The translations under genes and the position numbers were made by a program. A DNA stretch of 64,000 nt, taken from NCBI GenBank assembly GCA_965207455.1, contig CBDBMJ010000001.1, forward strand, positions 1,184,001-1,248,000, written 5' to 3'. Origin of the DNA: Bdellovibrionota bacterium (GTDB lineage: Bacteria > Bdellovibrionota > UBA1018 > CAIPTA01 > JAALKR01). Every line of letters begins with the position of its first letter. The first letter of the stretch is position 1. Shown here piece by piece: positions 10,293 to 20,954 of this stretch. The notes beneath the pieces were generated by a model. The model searched no databases, was not told the DNA's origin, and saw only the letters and a list, made by a program, of their open reading frames with translations.

Positions 10293-11063
10293 TTAAAATT
10301 GGTATATTGCACCCGCTTGGGCAAAGTGAATATTCTTAATCTGTAGTTCCAAAATCTCCTTTTGTAAAACCTTATAAAACGAAGGCTTCAAATGGTAAAT
10401 ATAAATCGGCACTCCTGAAGGAATTTTCTTATATTCCTGCTCAAAGGTCTTAGGAACGAAGTGACCCGCCTGCTCTGCCACCAGCGTCTGATCATTGGGA
10501 AAGGCAATCTCTGTAAAAACCGCCTTGAGACTACTCCCACAGCGCTTACCCAGCTCCCAAATAGCTTCTGTGGGCCCTGTGTCCCCGCTCACTAAAACAG
10601 CCCTAGCCCCAGCGCTATTTTGTTCCTGGAGTAAAAATCCTATGGCAGGAACTGGATGAGCCACATCCACAAGCTCCACTTCCACGTCTCCAACCTGTAT
10701 CTTACTTTCCACAGGGACATATTCCAAAATAGGACAGGTGCCATTATTTAACTGTGAAAAGTCAGGCCAAATTTTAAAATTCATAATATGCTCCCGAAAT
10801 ATGGCTAAAATTTCCGGCTTACTGATTACTTGTATGGGTTTTTTTCTGTAAGAGAAAACGTTATCTGCTAAAAAACATAGATCTTTAACGTGATCCAAAT
10901 GACAGTGACTAATAAATATATAATCCAACTCTATCTGTTCTTGTATCGTTAAGGCAGAGGCGCAAGATCCTGCGTCGATTAAAGTTTTTTTATTTATAAG
11001 AAAGCTTGTAGTCTGGTGTTCGTTGGACACACCTCCGTCCCCGCCTAAAATACGAAACTCCAT
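10293..11063 (-). CDS. MBL-fold 3',5'-cyclic-nucleotide phosphodiesterase (class II-like)
   Basis: SHCHLDH, IWPDF, SGDTGPT and YHLKP motifs. Confidence 0.8.
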   Translation of the reverse strand: MEFRILGGDGGVSNEHQTTSFLINKKTLIDAGSCASALTIQEQIELDYIFISHCHLDHVKDLCFLADNVFSYRKKPIQVISKPEILAIFREHIMNFKIWPDFSQLNNGTCPILEYVPVESKIQVGDVEVELVDVAHPVPAIGFLLQEQNSAGARAVLVSGDTGPTEAIWELGKRCGSSLKAVFTEIAFPNDQTLVAEQAGHFVPKTFEQEYKKIPSGVPIYIYHLKPSFYKVLQKEILELQIKNIHFAQAGAIYQF

Positions 11064-11164
11064 AAATGAATCCTGGTGTGTTTGAAAAGTGAGTCCATCC
11101 TAGACTCATTTTCTATTCTATAGAAAAATAGAAAAATCGCAAAACAAAAAAACCGAAAAAAAAA

Positions 11165-12034
11165 TTAATTATCCTGCATTTTCTTCTTTGCCAACACACG
11201 GTTATAAGCATCCCTGCGCTTACAACCTAAAAACTGTGCTACCCTAAGGGCTACCTTTTGGTTAGCTCCCAAATCTAGGATGCTATCCAATAAATCATCT
11301 ACCTGCTCGCTAGAAAACTCTCCTTCTTTTTTTACTGCCTTCTCTATATGAAGGGCCAGCACAAATTCCCCCTTTACACTTTCCCGTGATTGGATTACTT
11401 GGAATAGCTCTTCCGTGGATCCATAGAGTACCTCTTCATTTCTCTTAGTCAGTTCGCGACCGATCACCAGCCTATATCCAGGAAAATGATGGGCCAGCAC
11501 CTCTAGGCAAGCTCGGATTCTATGGGGAGTTTCTAGGAAAACAATTAAACCAGATTGGAGGTTCTTACAAAAGTTTTTTCTGTCTTTGCTGGTTCGGGGA
11601 AAGAAGCCTAAAAAAGAAATGGTATTGCTGGAGACACCTGCCACAGAAACAATCGCTGTGAGTGCAGAGGGACCGGGAATGGGAACCACTCGGATGCCTG
11701 CCTCAACGGCTTGTTCCACAAGTTTTGCTCCGGGGTCGGAAATACACGGAGTACCCGCATCACTTACATATACACCAAACCCTCCCTCGGATAGGCTTGC
11801 TATCAAGTTAGCAATTTGACGTTGAGAGGAGTGCTCAGTAATAGGTATTTTTTTCTTCTTTAGGTCTAGTGTGGCTAAAAGCCTTTGAGCCATTCGAGTA
11901 TCTTCTGCGGCTATCCAATCCGCATGTAAAAAGACCTCCTTTACCCTATCGGACATGTCTAAAAGATTGCCTATGGGCGTGGCTACAATAAAAAGGGTAG
12001 GACTTGGGTAATTATTCATTTGGCTATTATTCAT
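11165..12034 (-). CDS. rsmI: 16S rRNA C1402 2'-O-methyltransferase
   Basis: VATPIGNL, AEDTR, SDAGTPCISDPG and RELTK motifs. Confidence 0.95.
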   Translation of the reverse strand: MNNSQMNNYPSPTLFIVATPIGNLLDMSDRVKEVFLHADWIAAEDTRMAQRLLATLDLKKKKIPITEHSSQRQIANLIASLSEGGFGVYVSDAGTPCISDPGAKLVEQAVEAGIRVVPIPGPSALTAIVSVAGVSSNTISFLGFFPRTSKDRKNFCKNLQSGLIVFLETPHRIRACLEVLAHHFPGYRLVIGRELTKRNEEVLYGSTEELFQVIQSRESVKGEFVLALHIEKAVKKEGEFSSEQVDDLLDSILDLGANQKVALRVAQFLGCKRRDAYNRVLAKKKMQDN

Positions 12035-12078
12035 ATTCTCTCTTATACTGTAAAGAGAACCATTAAGGAAACAAAGCT

Positions 12079-12429
12079 ATGTCTTTAAAAGCCAATATTA
12101 TAGAAAAAGATAATCTAGCCATCGTAGCCATAGAGGGAAAGCTTAGTCATGAAAATCAGGAGCACTTGTGTTTACGCATAAGTGGTTTGATTAGTCTAGG
12201 CAAGGAAGTGGTTGTGGATATGGCTGGGCTGGACTTTGTGGGTTCCAGTGGAATTGTTTCTTTTCTTCTTACTCTGAAAAACGAGCGTCGACTCCCAAGG
12301 TTTTGTAATGTGAGTATAGAGTTTCAAAAAATAATGAGCGCTTATAATATTGAAGAAAAAGCGATATGTAAGTCTCGTGTGGATGCCATAGATAGTTTCT
12401 TTCGCAAGGGCGACTTAGAAAATAATTAA
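12079..12429 (+). CDS. STAS domain anti-sigma-factor antagonist
   Basis: VDMAGLDFVGSSGI motif. Confidence 0.85.
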   Translation: MSLKANIIEKDNLAIVAIEGKLSHENQEHLCLRISGLISLGKEVVVDMAGLDFVGSSGIVSFLLTLKNERRLPRFCNVSIEFQKIMSAYNIEEKAICKSRVDAIDSFFRKGDLENN

Positions 12430-12448
12430 CAAATTGAATGAGCGACAA

Positions 12449-12523
<75 letters not shown>

Positions 12524-12609
12524 TCGAAGAAATAAGAAAGGGCAAAATAAATTCTGCCCCCCTTTTTACCCTCTTTTGATCCCTTTTGGTCCCTATCTAT
12601 GAAAGATTT

Positions 12610-13851
12610 TTAAAATTTCATACCTGCGGAAACTTGGAAGTAACTATATGAGGCTGCTGCAAATTCCTCACCATCACCGTTGAAGGTTTTTCTGCCATAC
12701 GCATCCGTTGGAGATAGTTCTGAAAAGGATCCAAATTCTCCACCTAGCATAAGACTAGAAGAGAGTTTATATTTTCCGTTCAGCATAAAGCCACTATAGC
12801 CTGGAGAAAAGCGGTCATACGTGAAGTTCTCATATACGGAGCCGATACCTTTGCTTCCGTAAGAACCTGTAAAAGAGAAGTCACCCGGTTTTTTAAGTCG
12901 CTTCCAGGTTAACCCCAGCAACCAAGCTGTAGTATTGATGTCTTCAACATCCCCTGTTTCACCTGTGGTGAGGGCCTCATATTCTTGTGAAGAGTTCATT
13001 ATCATTTCAAACTCTGCTTGTATGTTATAGGGGAGAGAGGTCTTGGCTAAAACCTGTATTTGGGAAGATGACGGCATGGTAAGGAATGGTTCAGGTTCGC
13101 GAGATCCGGGTTCAGAAGAACCATTGTCATTGCGACGAAGGTGATTGCTTATGGGCAGTGCTCTTGCAATAATCTTACACTCAACTCTTGCAGGATCAGG
13201 TCCGGACCATCTGTGGTATCCTACAGCAAAAGTAGTGCGAATCCGGTTCGTAAATCTCCATTTCAATGTTCCTTGGAAAGAAAGTAAGGAGCCTAACTTT
13301 CCACCACTTACTGCACTATTTCCCATAAAAGCATATTGAGCAAGCCTTAATCCATAGGCTCCCTTTTGCCAAGTCCAGCCCAAGCCTCCGAGATTTACAT
13401 CCGAGTCCATAAATAGTTGGTGTTCACCCATTAGAAAAACTGGTTGTTGCTGACCTACTGTAATATTGACGAAGCCAAAACCAAAATTCTGTCTATAGCG
13501 AACCCAAGCTTCGCTCAAAGTAATGGGTAAACCGGAGATAAGACCTGGGGGGGATATTGGAGATATGTTTCCATACATTCCAAAAGGTGCGTGAACTATA
13601 TTAGGAGCTCCACCGTCCGTTCGAAATTTCAGACCCCAAGCGAACTTTTTGTTACCGTCACTCAAACCCAGCTCTGCCATCATCTCTACTATTGTTTCCG
13701 AATAATCTGTGTTTGTGGCATCATCAGCGTCACGTAAAGTATAGCTGGAAGTGAAATAACGGGGCTCCATGCTCCCGCTCCACTTTATAGCTTCCGCATT
13801 TATGGTAAAAATAAAAAATAAGCCTGTCGTTATTAGTATAAGTTTTTTCAT
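12610..13851 (-). CDS. Putative outer-membrane beta-barrel/porin
   Basis: Signal peptide, alternating beta-strand pattern and C-terminal Phe (SAGMKF). Confidence 0.65.
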   Translation of the reverse strand: MKKLILITTGLFFIFTINAEAIKWSGSMEPRYFTSSYTLRDADDATNTDYSETIVEMMAELGLSDGNKKFAWGLKFRTDGGAPNIVHAPFGMYGNISPISPPGLISGLPITLSEAWVRYRQNFGFGFVNITVGQQQPVFLMGEHQLFMDSDVNLGGLGWTWQKGAYGLRLAQYAFMGNSAVSGGKLGSLLSFQGTLKWRFTNRIRTTFAVGYHRWSGPDPARVECKIIARALPISNHLRRNDNGSSEPGSREPEPFLTMPSSSQIQVLAKTSLPYNIQAEFEMIMNSSQEYEALTTGETGDVEDINTTAWLLGLTWKRLKKPGDFSFTGSYGSKGIGSVYENFTYDRFSPGYSGFMLNGKYKLSSSLMLGGEFGSFSELSPTDAYGRKTFNGDGEEFAAASYSYFQVSAGMKF

Positions 13852-14086
13852 TTTGTTATCCTCTTCTATGTTTTCGTTAAGTTAATATCACTATTTTGTT
13901 CAAAGCAACAAAACAGGGAGTACACCTTAATACTTGATTATAGTATTCATACTGTCAAGCCCTAATAAAATATTTTTATCGGAAATGGCGACGCAGTGCT
14001 CGCCCCCATGTATCGCATATTAATTCATAAAAACCTGTTGGCGTGTTTGGCTTGCGGGGAAAGTAACTCTAAAATAGAGAGTAAAG

Positions 14087-16447
14087 ATGATTGCAAATTA
14101 CTCTCAAAAAAAATATCCCTCTCCTCCGCCGAACACTCCTCTGCGGGATCTCCTTAGTCTCATTTTTCTATTTTCCGGAACTTTTACTGCAATCTCTTTA
14201 TACTCTTTCGTTCCCACGGACCCGTCTTGGTTTACCGCTACCCAACAGGTTTCACAAAACTTTTCTGGACTAGCTGGGAGTTATTGGTCTGCTCTCTTAA
14301 TTCATTTTTTTGGAGTAAGTGCATTTTTATTTTGTTTTCTACTTTTTGTTTTAGGGGTTATTATTTTTCAAAAATTGGAACGTTATAAGGTATTATTTAT
14401 ATCTGTTCATTACCTATTTCTCCTCACTGCATCGTGCGCCATGCTGGGATTTTTCAAAACAAAGTTACACTATCAAGCCACAGCTTTTCCCATGGGAGGT
14501 ATCTTGGGTCAAGAGTTAAGTACTGCTTCACAGGAGTATTTCAACTTGGGGGGAATGATTCTTATCGCTGCTTTTATTTTTATTTTATCCCTACGCGCTT
14601 CTTTTCAAATCACTATCCGTGAGTTAGGGTTCTATGCTTGGTGGACTGTCAGTAAGGTTTTTCTTTTTATCTTTGCTATTCTGGTAAAATTCTCCATGAA
14701 AGTAGGACTTTTTTTCGCTCGAATTGCACGCCAAGCCTTTCTATTTATACGCTTTCTGAATTGGAGGAAGTTGTTTAGCTTGGGAGCCCACAAGGATCAA
14801 TTATTGCTTTGGTTTTCACGTCTAGGGCATCCCTATGGTCAGCACTCCCATACTCCTCCGACTATTGAGCAAGAGGATATTGCCAAGACCAATAACTGTT
14901 TTCTTCCTAATCTTACTCAGCGTCCTCCTTCAGAAAAAGTTTTAACGTATGTGCAGCGAATGCAACATAAGAACGACCAGTACCTGCGAAAGGCAATGAG
15001 TAACAGAAAGTATACGCTCCCCCCTGTTATTCTCCTAAGAAATCCTCAAGCTGTTGCCTGCACATATAGCAAAGCAGAGTTATATGAAAATTCTCAGCGT
15101 TTACAGGAAGCTTTTTCCGACTTTAAAATTCAAGGAACGGTAACTGCGGTAAAGCCTGGCCCCATCATCACCATGTATGAGTTCCGTCCTGGCACGGGTG
15201 TAAAGGTCAACTCCATTACAAATCTTGCCGACGATCTTGCTCTAGCTCTATCTGCCCAGAGTGTTCGTATAGAGGCGCCTATTCCAGGTCGTGACGTTGT
15301 GGGAATTGAAGTGCCCAATCAACGTAAAGAGGAAGTATTCTTAAAGGACATTATCGACACGAAACTCTTCTTCAATAAAAATTACTCCATCCCCATTGCC
15401 TTAGGAAAAGATACGCTTGGAAATCCTGTGGTAGCTGATTTAAAAAAAATGCCCCACATGCTCATTGCTGGCACCACGGGTTCGGGAAAGTCCGTATTTA
15501 TTAATTCCCTAATTTGTTCTCTCTTATACAGGTATAATCCTGACGAGTTAAAATTAATTATGGTAGACCCTAAGCAACTGGAGCTCAATGCTTATGAGGG
15601 CATTCCCCACTTGTTACTTCCTATTGTCACTGAAGCGAAGAAGGCAAGCTTGGCGCTTCGTTGGGCTGTTCAGGAGATGGAGCGTCGCTATACATTGATT
15701 GCCCGATCGGGAATGCGTGATATCGACAACTACAATCAAAAAATTGAAGAGCTTGGGGAAGAGAATATTCATGGTCAGTTGGGCTTATTAGAGGAAGAAT
15801 CCGTAGAAAAACTACCGAAAGTAATTGTTATTATCGACGAGTTAGCCGACCTTATGATGACAGCAAAATCCACGGTGGAAACAAATATCTGTCTCCTAGC
15901 ACAGAAAGCTAGGGCCGCAGGAATTCACCTTGTTCTAGCTACCCAACGCCCTTCCGTCGACGTCATTACTGGATTGATTAAAGCCAACTTACCTGCACGC
16001 CTAAGCTTCCGACTGAGCTCTAAAATTGATTCCCGCACTATTTTTGATTTCACGGGTGCGGAACGATTGGTGGGAAATGGAGACATGTTATTTATGCCAC
16101 CGGGAGAGTCCAGACTTGTTCGCATGCACGGCGCTTTTATCAGTGAAGAAGAAATTGCCAGTATCACAGCCCACTGGCGCGCTCAGAGCGACCCAGAGTA
16201 TCGAGATGATATTCTCGTAGACCCAGACGAAAAAAGCGATTCCACGCTATACAATAGCGACGGTGAGGACTTATTCCAAGAAGCCGTGGATATAACATTA
16301 AACATGGGATATGTGAGCTCGTCCATGCTCCAACGACGATTCCGAATTGGCTACAACCGCGCTGCACGCATGGTAGATCAAATGGAAGCCCAAGGTATTG
16401 TTGGACCTGCCGACGGCTCTAAGCCAAGACCAGTAATAATAAAATAA
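14087..16447 (+). CDS. ftsK: DNA translocase FtsK
   Basis: N-terminal TM region, AGTTGSGKS Walker A, LATQRPSVDV and gamma domain RIGYNRAAR. Confidence 0.97.
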   Translation: MIANYSQKKYPSPPPNTPLRDLLSLIFLFSGTFTAISLYSFVPTDPSWFTATQQVSQNFSGLAGSYWSALLIHFFGVSAFLFCFLLFVLGVIIFQKLERYKVLFISVHYLFLLTASCAMLGFFKTKLHYQATAFPMGGILGQELSTASQEYFNLGGMILIAAFIFILSLRASFQITIRELGFYAWWTVSKVFLFIFAILVKFSMKVGLFFARIARQAFLFIRFLNWRKLFSLGAHKDQLLLWFSRLGHPYGQHSHTPPTIEQEDIAKTNNCFLPNLTQRPPSEKVLTYVQRMQHKNDQYLRKAMSNRKYTLPPVILLRNPQAVACTYSKAELYENSQRLQEAFSDFKIQGTVTAVKPGPIITMYEFRPGTGVKVNSITNLADDLALALSAQSVRIEAPIPGRDVVGIEVPNQRKEEVFLKDIIDTKLFFNKNYSIPIALGKDTLGNPVVADLKKMPHMLIAGTTGSGKSVFINSLICSLLYRYNPDELKLIMVDPKQLELNAYEGIPHLLLPIVTEAKKASLALRWAVQEMERRYTLIARSGMRDIDNYNQKIEELGEENIHGQLGLLEEESVEKLPKVIVIIDELADLMMTAKSTVETNICLLAQKARAAGIHLVLATQRPSVDVITGLIKANLPARLSFRLSSKIDSRTIFDFTGAERLVGNGDMLFMPPGESRLVRMHGAFISEEEIASITAHWRAQSDPEYRDDILVDPDEKSDSTLYNSDGEDLFQEAVDITLNMGYVSSSMLQRRFRIGYNRAARMVDQMEAQGIVGPADGSKPRPVIIK

Positions 16448-16507
16448 TTTATAACTATTTGTTTTTATTAGATTTAATGGAAATTCTTGGCTCGATAGTA
16501 GGAAAAG

Positions 16508-17050
16508 CTAGGCCTCTTCCACCTGTGTGCCGCTAAGTTCATCGTGGAAGCAACGTCCTTGTCCCTTATAGGCTCCTAGAGCAAAGAAAAGGCCCAGGGA
16601 GAATAGGCTGACAATACTAGCGAGAAAGCGCATAACAGATTGACGGAAGGCAATCGAAGCCGTTTGGTGTTTTGTTTGCCTGATACGCAATCCCATTAGC
16701 CCTTGACCAAGGGTGGTCTGCCACAAATGCAGGAAAGCAATATAATATAGCGCTCCAAATAGGAGGCAAAGGCCGGGCCAAAGGATTGACTGTGCCGACT
16801 GGTAGACCAGTAAAAATGTTCCTCGATCTACGGGAAGGCTTGCTCCCCACTTTTCCTCAATAATCAGTCGAGATAAAAAAAGGCTAAGCCATTGGCTTAG
16901 TCCCAGGCTCAATCCATAGAGGAGGCTGAAGTCAATCCAAAAGGCAAAAAATCGACGTCGAGGGCTGGGTGCTTTGGGGGCAGCAGGAAATGGAATAATG
17001 GTGGCTTTTTCATCTATTTCTTCCAATAAGTATGGATTTGGGACTGGCAT
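16508..17050 (-). CDS. RDD family membrane protein
   Basis: RRFFAFWID, TLGQ..MGLRI and FHDELSGT motifs. Confidence 0.85.
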   Translation of the reverse strand: MPVPNPYLLEEIDEKATIIPFPAAPKAPSPRRRFFAFWIDFSLLYGLSLGLSQWLSLFLSRLIIEEKWGASLPVDRGTFLLVYQSAQSILWPGLCLLFGALYYIAFLHLWQTTLGQGLMGLRIRQTKHQTASIAFRQSVMRFLASIVSLFSLGLFFALGAYKGQGRCFHDELSGTQVEEA

Positions 17051-17158
17051 ATTTTCTCCTGCTATATAGTTTTATCGGCAGGTTTTCTATTTTTTGTAAG
17101 CAAGAACTTGCTTTTTTTACTTTTTCCGTGCTAAACCAAGGATTGAGACAAAAACTTA

Positions 17159-17252
17159 CACGCTCTCTCTAGGGGTGCTCTCCCAGGCGACCTAGGGTGT
17201 TTTAGTGCTAAGTCACTGTATATATTCAGTGTTTTGGCTATAGAGCGAGTGA
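17159..17252 (+). promoter_or_regulatory. Putative structured rpsB 5' leader (S2 autoregulation)
   Basis: CGCTCT/AGAGCG closing helix and GGGGT motif upstream of rpsB. Confidence 0.4.
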
Positions 17253-17279
17253 ATGAACTGAAACCAGAAAGGGAGGCGC

Positions 17280-18212
17280 ATGCCAGAAGTAAATGTTAAA
17301 GATCTATTAGAAGCGGGGGTTCATTTTGGTCACCAGACCAAGCGTTGGAATCCAAAAATGAAGCCATACATCTATGGCATAAAAAATAAAATTTACATTA
17401 TTGACCTACAAAAAACAGCCGCTCTCACAAAAGCAGCCTGTGCTTTTACTAGCCAGGTGGTTAGTTCGGGAAAAAAGATACTGTTTATTGGCACAAAAAA
17501 ACAGGCCCGGACTATTATTGTTGATGAAGCCAAGCGTGCCGAGCAATTTTTTGTATCGAACCGTTGGTTAGGGGGCACCCTTACCAATTACCAAACGATT
17601 CGTGCTTCCGTGGACCGCTTAAAGAAACTGGTCCAGATGAAAGAGTCTGGAGAGATGAAGTCCATGAATAAAAAACATGTATTCCGTTTAGAAAAGCAAA
17701 TGCAAAAATTAGAAAAAAATCTAGGGGGAATGACAGAAATGCGTAAACTCCCTGGGGCTCTCTTCATCATTGATCCCAGTAAAGAAAGAAGTGCTGTGCT
17801 AGAAGCCAACAAGCTTGGCATTCCAGTAATTGGTGTGGTGGATACAAACTGTGACCCCACTGGAATTGATTATGTCATTCCTGGAAATGACGACTCTATT
17901 AAGTCTATTCACCTGTTTAGTTCCCTGATTGCAGAATCTTGCCTAGAGGGTGCCCAAGAGTACCAGAAAAAACTTCGCTCCAGTAGAGAAGGAAAACCTG
18001 AAACAACAGCACAAGCAAGACCGCAAGCAATACCAGTGGCACAAGCAAGACCGCAAGCAATACCAGTGGCACAAGCAAGACCGCAAGCAATACCAGTAGC
18101 ACCAGCAAGACCGCAAGCAACACCAGCACCAACAAAACCACAAGCAGCGCCAGCGGCGGAAACAGTAACAGCCACACCAACAGAAACAGCAAACAAAACG
18201 GAAGAAACATAA
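17280..18212 (+). CDS. rpsB: 30S ribosomal protein S2
   Basis: LLEAGVHFGHQTKRWNPKM, RWLGGTLTN and IPGNDD motifs. Confidence 0.98.
   Translation: MPEVNVKDLLEAGVHFGHQTKRWNPKMKPYIYGIKNKIYIIDLQKTAALTKAACAFTSQVVSSGKKILFIGTKKQARTIIVDEAKRAEQFFVSNRWLGGTLTNYQTIRASVDRLKKLVQMKESGEMKSMNKKHVFRLEKQMQKLEKNLGGMTEMRKLPGALFIIDPSKERSAVLEANKLGIPVIGVVDTNCDPTGIDYVIPGNDDSIKSIHLFSSLIAESCLEGAQEYQKKLRSSREGKPETTAQARPQAIPVAQARPQAIPVAQARPQAIPVAPARPQATPAPTKPQAAPAAETVTATPTETANKTEET
18009..18130. repeat. 30-bp tandem repeat (x4) in the S2 C-terminal tail, AQARPQAIPV
   Basis: GCACAAGCAAGACCGCAAGCAATACCAGTG repeated. Confidence 0.95.
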
Positions 18213-18246
18213 TTCACGTCGACCAAAGGAAAAGGATTTAAGAACC

Positions 18247-18858
18247 ATGTCCATTAGCGCAACTCAAGTAAAAGAACTTCGCCAGCGAACCAGTGCTGGA
18301 ATGATGGATTGTAAAAGAGCTTTAAAGGAGACCGACGGAAACTTCGAAAAAGCCATAGAGTATTTACGAAAAAAAGGTCTCAGCAGTGCGGATAAAAAAG
18401 CAGGTCGGGCTACTCTCGAAGGAGGAATGAGTCATTATATCCATTCCAATGGTAAAATTGGAGTACTCGTGGAAGTGACCTGTGAAACCGACTTTGTGGC
18501 AAAGACGGATAAGTTCCGTACCTTCACTTCAGACATTTCCATGCACATTGCAGCCAGCGATCCCGTTTGTGTGGCCGAGAAAAACATGCCTCCAGAATTT
18601 ATTGAAAAAGAACGTTCATTTTTTCTAGCCCAAGTTAAGGAAGATCCCAGAATGGCAGGAAAGCCCGAAGACATGCTCCATAAAATTGTGGATGGGAAAG
18701 TGAAAAAAATCTACTCAGAACAGGTGCTCCTAAACCAGCCCTTCGTAAAAAATACAGATATTACTGTGGAAAGCTATTTAAAAGAAACTATTGCATCTCT
18801 TGGCGAGAATATAACCATTCGAAGGTTTGTTCGGTTCGTTCTAGGGGAGGAAAGTTAG
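18247..18858 (+). CDS. tsf: Elongation factor Ts (short form)
   Basis: VKELRQRTSAGMMDCK and CETDFVA motifs. Confidence 0.98.
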   Translation: MSISATQVKELRQRTSAGMMDCKRALKETDGNFEKAIEYLRKKGLSSADKKAGRATLEGGMSHYIHSNGKIGVLVEVTCETDFVAKTDKFRTFTSDISMHIAASDPVCVAEKNMPPEFIEKERSFFLAQVKEDPRMAGKPEDMLHKIVDGKVKKIYSEQVLLNQPFVKNTDITVESYLKETIASLGENITIRRFVRFVLGEES

Positions 18859-18869
18859 TAAGGTAAACC

Positions 18870-19604
18870 ATGTCCCAAAAAACTCCCGCCTATAAAAGGA
18901 TCTGTTTAAAATTATCGGGAGAAGCACTAGCTAGCACTAACGGTTTTGGTGTGGACTTGAAAATTCTCCAACAACTTGCCCAGGAATTAAAAGACATCCA
19001 TAGCTTGGGTGTAGAGGTGGCTGTTGTAATTGGTGGTGGAAATATTTTCAGAGGGATGTCTGCTTCAGAGGCAGGAATGGATAGAGCCAATGCGGACTAT
19101 ATGGGCATGTTGGCAACGGTGCTCAATGGGCTAGCTTTACAGGATGCTCTGGAAAAAGTCGAAGTGAAAACAAGGGTGCTTTCCGCTATTGAGATTCAGA
19201 AAATAGCCGAGCCCTATATTCGTCGTCGGGCCATACGACATTTAGAAAAGGGTCGCTTGGTAATTTTTGCTGGGGGCACGGGAAATCCGTATTTCACTAC
19301 AGACACGGCAGCCTCCTTGAGAGCCTGTGAGATAAATGCCGAAGTTCTCCTGAAGGCCACAAAAGTGGATGGGATATACGACAAAGATCCAGAGAAAAAT
19401 CCAGATGCAGTGATGTTCTCAGAAATCGACTACATGGATGTCCTGAATAAAAACTTAAAGATCATGGACTCTACGGCTATCTCTCTATGCATGGATCAGC
19501 CTCTACCCATAGTAGTCTTTAATATGCTCAAAAAGGGAACTATGCATAATGTGGTTATGGGGGAAAATACGGGCACACGAGTAGTGTCCAGTAAGAATAA
19601 ATAA
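18870..19604 (+). CDS. pyrH: UMP kinase
   Basis: [15 protein letters not shown] and GNPYFTTD motifs. Confidence 0.98.
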   Translation: MSQKTPAYKRICLKLSGEALASTNGFGVDLKILQQLAQELKDIHSLGVEVAVVIGGGNIFRGMSASEAGMDRANADYMGMLATVLNGLALQDALEKVEVKTRVLSAIEIQKIAEPYIRRRAIRHLEKGRLVIFAGGTGNPYFTTDTAASLRACEINAEVLLKATKVDGIYDKDPEKNPDAVMFSEIDYMDVLNKNLKIMDSTAISLCMDQPLPIVVFNMLKKGTMHNVVMGENTGTRVVSSKNK

Positions 19605-19630
19605 CATTTTAAACGAGAGGAAAAAAAACT

Positions 19631-20185
19631 ATGGACGATATAACAAGTAAATTTGAAGCAGGTGCTGAAAACGCCATTAAATCTTTTAAGAACCAATTGA
19701 TAAAGGTACGCACGGGCAGGGCTAGCGTATCTCTCTTGGATGGGGTGATGGTGGATTATTACGGAACGCCCACTCCCTTAAAGCAAATTGCCAACCTAGC
19801 CACCCCGGAGCCGAGTTTAATTACGGTGCAGGTATGGGAAAAAAATATTCTACCTCAAGTGGAAAAAGCTATCGTCGGTTCAAACCTGGGACTAACTCCT
19901 CAGAATGATGGCAAGCTCATTCGTCTGCCCATTCCACCTCTTTCAGAGGAACGACGGAAAACCTTGGTAAAGCAGGCAAAAAAACTTGGAGAGGATTGTA
20001 AAATTGCCATTCGTAACCAACGTAGAGATGCCAATGAAACCTTGAAAAATCGAGAGAAGCAAAAGGAATTGTCCAAAGATGATTACTCTCGAGGTCAAGA
20101 ACAAGTGCAAAAGAAAACCGACTTCTATATAAAGCAGGTCGACGAGTTCATCCAACAAAAGGAAAAAGAAATTTTAACGGTATAG
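19631..20185 (+). CDS. frr: Ribosome recycling factor
   Basis: RTGRA, LSEERRK and IRNQRRDAN motifs. Confidence 0.98.
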   Translation: MDDITSKFEAGAENAIKSFKNQLIKVRTGRASVSLLDGVMVDYYGTPTPLKQIANLATPEPSLITVQVWEKNILPQVEKAIVGSNLGLTPQNDGKLIRLPIPPLSEERRKTLVKQAKKLGEDCKIAIRNQRRDANETLKNREKQKELSKDDYSRGQEQVQKKTDFYIKQVDEFIQQKEKEILTV

Positions 20186-20186
20186 C

Positions 20187-20954
20187 ATGGAAGGTCACCA
20201 CCACACTATCCGCCATATTGCTGTTATTATGGACGGAAATGGACGCTGGGCTAAACAACAGGGTCACCCCCGATCTTTTGGTCATGTGAAGGGCGTACAA
20301 CGGGCGCAAGACCTTGCCCGTGAATGTGCAAGGATGAATATCCATGCACTCACCCTCTATGCTTTTTCCACAGAAAATTGGCTCCGCCCGAAAGCAGAGA
20401 TTGATTTCTTAATGAAAATTTTAAAACGCTACTTAGTGACAGAACGAAAAGAGATACTAAACAATAATATTCGCTTCCAGTCCATTGGCTGCCGCAAACA
20501 GCTCCCCGAAGATGCTATCGAACAGATTAACTCACTGGAGAAAGAGTCGAAAAAAAATACGGGCATGATCCTAAGCCTAGCCCTGTCCTACGGGAGTAGG
20601 CAAGAAATCACAAGTTCTGTGCAAGCTATTGCTGAAAAAATACAATCGGGAGCCCTCACTCCCAGAGAAATAACTGAAAAAAATATCGAAGAATCTCTTT
20701 TCACCCATGCACTACCCAACCTAGATCTACTAATACGCACGGGTGGAGAACAGCGAATTAGTAATTTTCTTCTATGGCAACTTGCCTACGCCGAATTATA
20801 TTTTACCGACGTTTGTTGGCCAGACTTTACCACAGACGAACTCCAAAAAGCCCTTTCCTCATTTGCGAATCGGGAACGACGTTTTGGAAACCTCCCTCAA
20901 ACCACCTCAACAACCCAACCCAACTCCACACAACCAACCCACACCCAGCCATGA
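20187..20954 (+). CDS. uppS: Undecaprenyl diphosphate synthase
   Basis: IMDGNGRWA, FSTENW and RTGGEQRISNFLLWQ motifs. Confidence 0.97.
   Translation: MEGHHHTIRHIAVIMDGNGRWAKQQGHPRSFGHVKGVQRAQDLARECARMNIHALTLYAFSTENWLRPKAEIDFLMKILKRYLVTERKEILNNNIRFQSIGCRKQLPEDAIEQINSLEKESKKNTGMILSLALSYGSRQEITSSVQAIAEKIQSGALTPREITEKNIEESLFTHALPNLDLLIRTGGEQRISNFLLWQLAYAELYFTDVCWPDFTTDELQKALSSFANRERRFGNLPQTTSTTQPNSTQPTHTQP

Noticed and set aside
12430..12448. tRNA-tail element after tRNA-Val
   Set aside because: Checked: no tail duplication or core hairpins; the STAS gene ends immediately downstream
17909..18254. Cys-rich or hydrophobic antisense ORFs over the rpsB tail (and His/Cys-rich ORFs over the waaA repeat)
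   Set aside because: Shadow translations of tandem repeats
20774..20950. N-terminal extensions of cdsA (and nfeD 35745-36044)
   Set aside because: They overlap upstream genes; ATGA-coupled downstream starts fit better
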